Source of the DNA: Gekko japonicus
Lineage: Eukaryota
Direction: 5' to 3'
DNA length: 64,000 nucleotides
Assembly: GCF_001447785.1 (NCBI RefSeq)
Contig: NW_015174851.1
Location: 777,604-841,603 of the forward strand
The notes beneath the pieces were generated by a model. It saw only the letters and a list, made by a program, of their open reading frames with translations. It ran no database searches and was not told the origin of the DNA. Positions 49,243 through 59,386 of the stretch are shown here, one piece after another; the stretch's first letter is position 1; every line of letters begins with the position of its first letter. The position numbers and the translations under genes are program-made.

Positions 49243-50559
49243 AATGAAATTATTTAAATTTAAAAATAATGAAATGGTAAATTATTGGGGGGAAATGTTT
49301 CTTTAATGGAGAGGTTTGAATATGTGGGTGTTAGAGTAGAAGATGTTAAGGGGAAGTAGAAGGTTAATTTGATTTAGTAAATTATTTGCTTTTGAGTATA
49401 AAACATATAGGTTTAACTCCTGTTGTAAAAGTGATTAGAAATTGATTTTGACACTGATTAGAAGGATTGGATAGGTTTTAAGTAGGTTTAAAATTGTCCT
49501 TGTGTATAAAATGATGGATTTGTGTCAGGCATTGACTGAATTAAGATGGGGGAAGGCCTGGCAGATTATAAATGAAAGATATAGAGGAAATTTAAGGGGA
49601 TGTGGAGAGGGAAAGTAGAGATAAAGGTTTTCAACAGTATGTTAATAAAATATTAAAAATCATAAAGTTAAAAAAGATAAAAAGGGAAAAAGAGATAAAA
49701 ATTGATAATGAACTTAAACCCTATATTGAATGCATAGAAGAAGCAAGACATGGGAGTTGGTATTAGAACCAGAACTTTACATATATAAAGATGTCTCAGA
49801 AATTGTAAACTAGTTATGAACAAATAGCCAATAATCTTCAAAAGGTTAAAAAATATAAAGATCAGCAGTCAACATAGATTGGATACTAAGATGGTGAAAA
49901 TGAAAATCTTTATTGAAGAAATGTCAGAAAATATTAGAAATGTTACTCTGTGTTGCTGTGGAAAATAAGTGTTGTATAAGGTTTAGATATATATGTAAGT
50001 GTGTTGATGATTTTGCGTATGTGTTGGATATAGACTTATAAAACCCAATAAAAATAATAATAATAATAAAAGAACTAGAGGACGTTGTATGGCAGTTTGG
50101 TACAACAGGTAACGAATAGGGAATAACATAAAGAAAATGGAGAGTATTTATATCTTTAATTTTTAGTTTGATTCCTAGGAAGAGGAGAATATGTAAGAAA
50201 CAAAGTGTCCTTAAAAGATACATATAAAATATGTGGATATATGTACACTCAATAAAATATTAATATAAAAAAAGACAAAGGAGGCTTTTCAGCTTGCCCT
50301 CCCCCCTTCTCACCTCAGAGCTGAAAGCTTTCTGATGTACACAAAGATGCAGTTATGCACACATCGCTAATTGACTTTTAAAAAATGAGTCAAAATGGAA
50401 CATGGTGATGAGACTTCCCAACCAGGTTGAGCTCGCACCAGTAAAGTTCTGACATCAAGAAATGCGGGGTGAAATCACTGATATCCATAAACAAACTTTC
50501 CATGGTGCCTGATTAATCCACTTTTAAATTGGGGTGGAACACGGTGGTGATGATTTGGG

Positions 50560-50850
50560 CATGGAAGGCAGATATTGCTGTCTAATCATGCTCTTTAAAT
50601 CCACAAAGGTACCACAATGATATCGGCACAAACTGCTTGTGTGACTGCAAAGTGCATCAAAAGACCCTTTGGGCTGTCCCTGAGGAGGGCCAGTGTGTCT
50701 GACTTCTACAGCATTACCTGTCCATGATTCTGAAATGATTATGGCAGAGGATTTTGTTTCAGTAGTTAACACTGGGTCTCATTCTATAATTTTATTCACA
50801 GTATGTATGCCACCTGCAACTTCACATGAATTGAATGATAACTGGGCCTT
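50560..50850 (+). pseudogene. Old LINE APE-endonuclease relic, host of the Gypsy insertion
   Basis: LGCP*GGPVCL...SIILFTVCMPP resembles the GRP.GG..L...ILINVY.PP pattern of LINE endonucleases. Confidence 0.4.
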
Positions 50851-51233
50851 TGTCAAGGTAGCCCTGTCATGGCATTGATATGTGGGGGTGATACTCTCCT
50901 CTGCTTCAGTGCTTCCCTGCCCAGCAACTGACTGCTAATCGCAGCTTTGACCTTGCTGTCTCCAGCTGTAATGAGATGGCTGGGAACCTTAACTGCTTTC
51001 CAGCTTTGCCACTTGTTTTGCTGCTTGCTTGCCGCGTGCACGAAAATTAACCATTGGCTTTTGCTTCGGGGGGGGGGTAGTTCGAAATCACTATAGGTGA
51101 GGACAATATACTACAGGCTATTCTTGACACAAGCTGTATACTCATTCTTTAATTATGGACTACCAATAAAACCACTTATCTTCTCAAGAAGCCTGTGTGA
51201 GTGTGTGGTGTGACCCTGCTAAGGAACTTAACA
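50851..51233 (+). repeat. 5' LTR of the Gypsy element (383 bp)
   Basis: tgtcaag ... cttaaca (TG..CA, imperfect terminal inverted repeat); AATAAA at ~51164; directly precedes gag. Confidence 0.75.
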
Positions 51234-54200
51234 AAGTGTCAAGAATCATCATCCCTCAACTCGTATCTCTCCGCTGAGATGAGCAAAAGTGAGGGGCTCC
51301 AACTCGAGGAAGGGACCCAAACCCACCCCGAGGAAAAGTCAGAGGACACCAAGGAACAGAGGCAGGTTCCACATGGTGAGGACTTGGAGGATGAGGAAAT
51401 CCTCAGTATGCCATTTGGCGGTGCCAAGGCTAAAGTAACCACCCGGTTGCAAGGGCCCCAGTGGGGCCAGTTCAGTGCCAACCTGCACGAGACTTGGACT
51501 TTTATTCGCCAGCGGGGTTGCACAAAGAAAGTAACTATGACAAACCTTCCATACCCGAGGATTATGGAATGGAGATCTGTGTCGAGCCCCCTCCCCGAGC
51601 CAAGAACTCTGCAATGGAAGTCGAAGGGGCTGGGGGTGGTGGAAAGACCGTGAGAACTTCATCAGCATCCAACTCAACTTACTCGAATGGGGTTACGACC
51701 AGATGATGCAGATGGTTGAGGACTCATTCAAAAAGTTACCAGCTATGGTGGCTGGGGTGGTGCAGCAGGAGCTTCAGCGCCAGGGTCCGGTGCCCATGGC
51801 AGCCCCAGTGCCGGTAGCAGTGGCTCCTGGGCCAGTCCCGGTGCAAGGGCAACCAGGACAGTGGAGAAATACTCCCCAAGGATCCTTGGGGCTGGGGTTG
51901 CCGGGTCCATGAGGCCAAGATGTTCATCACCCTGTAGAGCCCTTAGACACTATGTTTCATGGCACACCCAAAAAGCTGCAATTTTTTGTAGTGCGTGCCC
52001 AGAAGTTTGTGATGAACTGGGGCCACTTGTTTCTGAGCGAAGAGCTTTGGGTGGACTATATTGCATCCTGGTTGAGAGATGGGGCAGCAGACTGGTATGT
52101 GGGTCTGCACAACACTGATGGACTGGAGCTCCAATCAGTGGATGCCTTCATGTGGGCCCTCCGAGCCCAGTACGAAGACCCAAATGCTGGAGCGGATACC
52201 AGGGCATTTCTGCGCACCTTCAAGCAAGGCAAAATGTCGGTCTGGGCATATACGGAGGAGTTCAAATGTCAATCAGCCAAGATTTGTGGTTGGTCAGATG
52301 AGGTACTGGCAGAACAGTACCGGCTGGGGTTACACTCTGAGGTCAGAGAGATGGTCCTGCATAGCATGAACCCCATGTCCCTAAATGCATGGATGTGGGA
52401 AGCAGCAGACGCTGAAATTCGGCTGCGAACCATCAGGATCGATAATGCTACCTCAGTGGGTAAGACTGTCCTTGTGACACCAAAACCCAAAACCCTGCTA
52501 CCAAAGAAAGATGGGGGGTGGGACCAACGCATGAAGCAAGGTCTATTCCTGAAGTACGGCTTGGTGGTCCACTTCGCACCCTCCTGCCTGGGGGTGGGAA
52601 CCCAAGGAGCAATGACGAAAGCCCCAGAGAAATGATGTGCTGATACCCCAATGAAGAAAACCGTGACCAAACCAAAAAACCTAAGGGCTCTGCAAGCCAG
52701 CGTTCCAGTGAAGATGAAGATCAGCCAGTGGTAAACGCGATGGACCTGCACTAAGCGGCACGGAGCAGCAGGTCCTGAACCCCGAGCACCAAAAACAGTG
52801 AGCAGATATCCCCCCTTCTTTTTTGTCACAGTGACTGTCTTGAACCCAGAGCTTGGTACCCATGTACGGGTGCAAGCTCACATAGACTCCAGTTGTGGCC
52901 GAGACTTAATACACCCCTTTCTAGTGCTGGGACTGGGGGCAAAAGTGGTCCGGCTGGCAAACCCCATTATATTCACCCAAATTGACAGGTTTGCTATGAA
53001 AGAGCCCTGTAAATATGAGACTGTGCCTTTAAGAATGGGAACAGGGTCTCATTGGGAACACCGGACGTTCGTTATCACTGCAGCTGCAAGGTTCCCCATG
53101 GTGCTTGGGAGCCCGTGGCTCGATGGCCATAATCCATATGTTCTGTGGGATGAGGGGATGGTGAAGTTCATTTCCCCCTAAGTGTCTCACTCACATTTGG
53201 GAACAGTTGTGGGGAGGGGCCCCTCCAGATGAACTGCCCAGGGCATGCCTGGTGGCTGAGGAGATGGACCCTATCCCAGTGGACTACTGTGATCTGGCTT
53301 GAGTGTTCGAAGAAGAGGAGGCTGATGAATTGCCCCCCCACAGACACTCAGACTGTGCCATTGAGTTACTCCCAAACATGAAACTACCCAAAGGGAAATT
53401 GTATGCAATGAGCCCTCGAGAGAAGGAGGAACTACGCAAGTTCATTGACAAGAACTTGGAGCGAGGCTTTATTCGCCCCGCACCCTCCCCTTTTGCAGCT
53501 CCCATTCTATTTTGGGAAAAAAAGGATGGGTGTGTGTGGTTGTGTATGTATTATATGAATTACCATGGATTTAACACTGTTTCCACGACTAATGCCTACC
53601 CATTGCCGCTGATAAAGGACCTCCTAGAGGAAGAAGCTAAGGGGAAGATTTTCTCTAAACTGGATCTCAGAGATGCTTACTTCCGAGTCTGCATAAAAGC
53701 CGGAGACAAATACAAAACTGCATTTAACACTCCTTTGGGGCAGTTTGAATACAGGGTGATGCCTTTCGGTCTTCAAGGGGCTCCTGGGGTCTTCATGAAC
53801 CTTATAAACGAGGTGTTGCACAAGCATTTGTTCAAAGGGGTGATTGTTTACCTTGATGATATCCTGATTTATTCCCCTGATAAGCCGGCACACATCAAGC
53901 TGGTGCGAGAGGTCTTACAAACGTTGCACAAGCACAAACTGTTTGCCAAACTGCCTAAATGCGAGTTTCACTGTTCTGAAATTGACTTCCTGGGCTACCA
54001 CATTTCCCAAAGAGGTTTGGAAATGGATCTGGCCAAGGTTTGGGACGTAGTGGGGTGGGAGCCCCCTTGTACCCGGAGACAATTACAAGCGTTCTTAGGA
54101 TTCACCAATTTTTACAGGTCATTTCTGGCAAACTTTGCCCAGGTGAGCTTATCACTCACAGATTTATTAAGAACCAAGGGGAAGCGGCTGGACTGCACCA

Positions 54201-56180
54201 AACCTGGTGCTAGACTGAACTGGACTAGTGAATGTCAAGAAGCGTTCAACCGCCTCAAAGCCCTGTTTACCTCTGAACCTGTGTTGGCCCACCCAAATGA
54301 ACTGAGGAAATTTATTGTACAAGTTAACGCTTCCAATGTGGCTATGGGGGAGCGATCCTGCAAGAGGGGGAGGATGGGAAGCTTCACCCTCTGGTGTATG
54401 TGTCTCGTAAATTTAATGACACTGAGAGGAACTGGTTGGTTTGGGACAAGGAGGCTGGGGCTATTAAGTTGGCCCTTTCTACCTGGCGCCACTGGTTGGA
54501 AGGGGCACAGGTGCCTTTCGAGGTTTGGACAGATCATAAAAACCTGGAGGTTATGCGAACGCTGCGTAATCTGAATGCCAAACAGCTGCGATGGGCTGAT
54601 TTCTTTTCCAAGTTTAATTTCACTCTCCATTATTTCCCAGGGAAGTCGAACTCTCTGGTGGATACGTTGTCCCACCTACCACAACAAGACAGTCAATGGG
54701 AGGGATCACTCAACTCGATGTTCATGCCCTCACAATTGGGGTGGTGGTGTTAACACACAGCCAAGCGAAAGCCCAACCCCTAACCCCTCCTCTTGCAGTC
54801 TGGGAAGTGAAGTTTGTCTCTGCTCTTTCTGATGCCGACTGCCTCAAACTGAGTAAAGAAACAGAGGTGGAGGAGGCGTGTAATGGCTGTTGGTACCACG
54901 GTGCCAAGTTGTTTGTACCTTTGGCATTGTGTGGGGAAATTATGGCTACTGTCCATGGCACCAAGCTAGCAGGACATTTGGGATTTGTTAAATCATTGTA
55001 TTTGCTGCAGAGACAGTTTTGGTGGCCAGGAATGTGGAAGGATCTGACTCTGTTCGTTAAGTCATGCCAAACCTGGATTATGTGCAAGTCCTGCCTGGGG
55101 AAGCTACCAAGTCTGTTGCAACCCCTCCCCACTCCTAGTCGGCCGTGGGAAGTGATTTCCATGGATTTCATTATGGATCTACCCCCCAGTAAGGGAAAGA
55201 CTGTGATTTGGGTTGTGGTGGACTTGTTTTCAAAACAGGCACATTTCGTTCCTCTTAAAGCACTTCCAACTGCTCGCCTCCTGGCTAAAGCTTTCCTGCA
55301 ACATATCTTCCAGCTCCACACGTTGCCACGGAAGATAATCTCCGATCATGGCTCCCAATTTGTTTCAAAGTTCTGGGGGTAACTGATGAAACTTCTGGGG
55401 GTTGAGCAGGGGCTTAGTAGTCCTTACCATCCCAAGACGGATGGACAAATGGAACGGGTTAACCAAACCCTGGAGCAGTACCTCAGGTGTTTCACTAACT
55501 TCTAGCAGGACGATTGGCAGGGGCTCCTCCTTCTCACTGAATGTTGTTACAATAATGCCTGTCATTCATCTACTGGTGTGTCTCCGTTGATGGCTGTCTT
55601 TGGCTATGAGGCTCCACCTCTCCCTTTCCTTTCGGACACACCTGTCCCGAAGGGGGAAGTAGGTGAATGGTGCAAACGACTCAAAGATGCTTGGCCGGTG
55701 CTGTGTAAAACTTTGGACTCTGCTAAACAAGCATAGAAAGTTCAAGCAGATAAAAAAGGACTGACACTTGGGACGTCCAACCTGGAGATTCTGTTTATGT
55801 ATCTACCAAGAACATTAAGGAGTTGCGCCCAAGTCGCAAACTGGGTTGGAAATTTGTGGGACCTTTCAAAGTCATCCATAAGATCAATGAAGTGGCTGTA
55901 GAACTTGATTTGCCTAAGAACCTCAGACATTTACATTCTGTTTTCCATTTCAGCCTTCTTCGCCATGATCCGAGGCCTAATGTCTGGCGCCCGCAGCAAC
56001 CCAGCCCCCCACCCGTACTCGTGCAAGGCGAAACACATCATGATGTTGCTGATATTTTTGCCTCTAAGTTGAAATGCAATAAGCTGTACTATTTGATTGA
56101 ATGGGCTGATTTTGGACCTCAACATAGGGAGTGGGTGGTAAGGGAACATGTCTCCACCCCTGCCTCATTAAACACTTCCA
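50851..56180 (+). mobile_element. Ty3/Gypsy chromovirus (Sushi-like), decayed, 3' LTR missing
   Basis: Gag FHGTPKKLQFF..YIASWLRDGAADW; protease AHIDSSC..MVLGSPWL; RT LPPHRHSDCAIEL..KLDLRDAY..YRVMPFGL..VYLDDILIYS; RNase H VWTDHKNL; integrase HLGFVKS..FWWPGM..ISMDFIMDLP..ISDHGSQF; chromodomain YYLIEWADFGPQHREWV. Many stops and frameshifts. Confidence 0.95.
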
Positions 56181-56545
56181 CTGACGCCTGGGATCCATTA
56201 GAAGCTTAGCAGCATATCTTAGCCTGAACATATTGAGAGCAGCATCCTATTTGAATGAATTGTATTATCTTTCATGACTTGTTGTAAAGCACTTTAAGAG
56301 TAAGAGAGCTTTTGTACCACTCTAATATTTCTGAGAAAGATCAAATTTTGAAACGTTGTTATATAATCTAGAGATGACATTGATGATGTGTCTTTGATTA
56401 TGTATATTTGTTTTAGGATTTTCTTATGATTTGTAGGAATTTAGACTGTAATACACGGGAAGCTTTTTTTTGCAAGTCTTGTTGACTGCTTGATTCGTGG
56501 GTCAGACTCTCACGACTGTTTTCTTTATACTTGTTCTCCAATGTG

Positions 56546-56933
56546 TAGGGTTGCCATTCCTCAGTTCCAAGCAGGGGATTCCCCCAGTTTTTGGAGCTTC
56601 TTCCTGCCACTGGCCAGCTGGCCAGCAGGGATAACCCTGCCCCAAAACAGTGATGTTGCTGTGCAATATCTCTGATGCACTGACGTTGCACAGAAATGAC
56701 ATCATCATGTTGGGGATATCGCACGGCAATGCTCTGGTTTTTGGGCAAAATTCTATGGCTTGATGCTGATTTTACCATAGGGTATTGCCCAAAAATGAAA
56801 GCATCAGCACGCAACACCCTCAATGCAATGATGTCACTTCCATATGATGTCAGTGCATCGTGTCACTCTGCCTTCCTTCCAGAAAGTTCCCTCCCACCAC
56901 CCACTGGCATGGACATCAGACCTGGCAACCATA
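56546..56933. mobile_element. hAT-type MITE, TAGGGTTGCCA family (inverted relative to the 24718 copy)
   Basis: TIRs tagggttgcca / tggcaaccata; TSD ccaatgtg / tcaatatg (6/8). Confidence 0.78.
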
Positions 56934-58857
56934 TCAATATGGTTTAAGCCTGTTTTTAGGAAACTGCTGGCTCTCAATGTTAACCTGGACACTATCCAGG
57001 TCCTGGACTTTCATGCAGCACTTGCTTTGGTGAGAAATCGTGTAAAATCGATCAATCATCAAAGCTCTGCCTTTAGAGCACAGCACACCTGTTCATCCCA
57101 TTTTTTTGGTGTTCCATCTCCAAAATCTCTTTCCTCCCACACCTGTTATCTTCCCAAAGCCTATTAAGGGCATTCATTTCGGCCAGACTAAATGCTCACT
57201 CCTCAGCAGTTATGGGAGGTAGGTTCATGCGTTTCCTTTATTCAAAATGAATCTGCTCTTGTCCCTTAGGCAAGATCAACATAATAGCACATATCCTTCT
57301 AGAGTGTCATTTGTATGCTAATCTTAGGAGTCGTTACATTTCACCATGTTTGCAAGCTCATTCTGACGTATAGTCTGATGACCTAGTTACTTTTTTCCTT
57401 GCTGATAGGGATCCAAAAAGAACTCTAGCCGTCACATTTTTTTACTCCTTTTGTCTACTGGGTGAGAAGTGATTAACAACAACTATTCCCTACTCGAGAT
57501 CAATGTATCATAGAGCTTTTATTGGATAAAAGGAAAGGAAAGGAAAAAAGAAGATAGCATGGCTAGCATCACCTTCAACACACTATTTCATCTCTCAGCT
57601 GAAAGGGGTCAGGCAGCTAGCACATTGCTATGCTGGATGCAGTATAGCAAAGCTTTATTGCTAAGAATCCCCTCCCCACTCCACACAATCATTCGGAAAT
57701 GGCATTTTGTCACATTAAAGATAGCAGTGTCAGCTAGACATTAACGACAGAACCTGCATAGATTTTAAATCAGTTGCCTGTGTTAGGCATTTTCATTGCC
57801 TACGTTGTTTTGGAAAGACAGCAGATTTCCATTTCATTTCACAGACCTAATGAAAAGCTCACCATTTGCCATAAGTAGTTTAAGGCTATGAACTTTTCCT
57901 TTACAGCATGTTGAAGATAATGCATGGTCCTCTTTGCAATTACTTGGCAGTAATTAAATCTGTGGGTTTTGCTGACTTGTACCATCATGGATCCCCCCCC
58001 CCCCGAAGGTTTATTACATCAGCTAAATGTTTCAGTTGAGCTGCAGTCTTTTGCCAAGAGCTATCTGCGTATAATTCCACTACTATGTATTCTTTTGTTC
58101 AATAAACAGGAGCCTTGAAACAAGACCCCCCCCCAATACAGTTAGATTTATTGCTATATACAGATGATTATTTCCCTGAAACAAATGGGAGTGACTTCTC
58201 CCTTAGTACTATAGTGGCAGAGAATGGCCTGAAGGAACATGATGTAGGTCCAGCCCTGTAAGCTGCCTGTTTGGGAGATCTCTTGGGAACCATATGTAAG
58301 CCTCTCTGAACTCTGTGGAGAAAAAAAATGGGGCAAAACATAATTAAGTTAATTAAGGAATGTCAGTTGAGTTTAGAAGCAGGAAAAGTGTGTGTGAGAG
58401 AGAGATTCTCAGCTTCAAAATCAATGACTTCACCTTGGATGAAAGCTGAGATCCCTTCTTTCGGATCGGGACCTTTACAATATATGATGTATTGGGATGT
58501 CATTGCAAATATTTAGAAATGGTATATTACAGTATACTCATATTTAGCTGGCTCTCTGTAGCCTTCTGGAACATTTTATGGCTGTTGTTTTAACTAGGTC
58601 TGAGCTACAAAGAGGAATTTAAATTTTCATCAACATCTGTTTTAGGGTTGTTGTTTTTTTAAAGGGATTACTGCAAAAAGAATAAAATTGTTTACCAATT
58701 CAGGAAACATTGCCTTGAATAGGCTTCATTTGCGCTCATGATTTTGATCATCCACATGACCAACCCACGAAACACTGCCCTTGCTCTAAATCAGCAATGT
58801 TTCCCCTCGGAATCCAGACACAGACAAATCCAACTGACTATGTAGTAGCATAACGTT

Positions 58858-59386
58858 GGCTGTGGTCACACGGAACATTAGCCACGCAAGAGAGACGGAA
58901 GACAGGTGGATTTTCCGGGCGCGGTCTCACCGGCACATCTGAGAAGCGTAGCGCTTCCGTGGCACAACCGAGGCTTCCGGCCGAAAACGCGCAGCAAAAA
59001 ACTAGTACCTCGGAGGTACTAGTTTCCGGAAACCGTGGGGCAAGGGCGGGCGTCTGATCGCGTTTCCGGTGGCATCCGGCGCCCGCCCATGTCCCCTTGC
59101 GAAAAAGGGATCCCCCCCCCAAGTCTCCGTGGATGCGCACACGCACCCAACGGAGCATGCGCATTTGTCGTGTACACAAAAAAAGAAAACCAGTTTGCTG
59201 CACCGTGCGCTTCTTCATTGCGCGCAGGCGTGTCCTGTGATCGGCACCTCTCCCTACCCATGGAACCTCCACGGTACCTCCACAGGACCTCCACAGGAGG
59301 TCTGATCGCTTAACCACGTGTTAGTTTGCCCCAGGGCAAACAGCCACGCTTCCCCCCCACAGTTTTCTGCCCATTTGACTGGAGCC
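58858..59386 (-). mobile_element. Harbinger-like MITE, copy 5 (close relative of copy 1)
   Basis: Ends ggctgtggtcacacgg / ccatttgactggagcc; TSD GTT / ATT (difference explicable by CpG decay); palindrome aaactagtacctcggaggtactagttt. Confidence 0.88.

Larger units (their letters stand above)
47598..50069 (+). mobile_element. Full-length ~2.5-kb non-autonomous L1-dependent retroposon (no RT)
   Basis: 18-bp TSD aagaactagagga(a/c)gttg (47580-47597, 50070-50087); CpG-rich 5' UTR starting gggacttccgg with a YY1-like cggccatcctttt; one 202-aa ORF; long AT-rich 3' region; AATAAA and (taa)n tail. Confidence 0.8.
47031..50267 (+). mobile_element. 5'-truncated ORF1-only (half-L1/HAL1-like) retroposon, interrupted by a second insertion
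   Basis: 15-bp TSD aaaaaagacaaagga (47016-47030, 50268-50282). ORF1 C-terminus LRETAKTLRDKGIQYRWLPLGHLVV..* (stop 47221-47223), then only ~550 nt of its own sequence before the end, with AATAAA at 50251; no ORF2. Confidence 0.75.

Noticed and set aside
51952-52635. Domesticated PEG10/RTL-like gag gene
   Set aside because: Embedded in an LTR element with lesions upstream and downstream; no sign of selective preservation.
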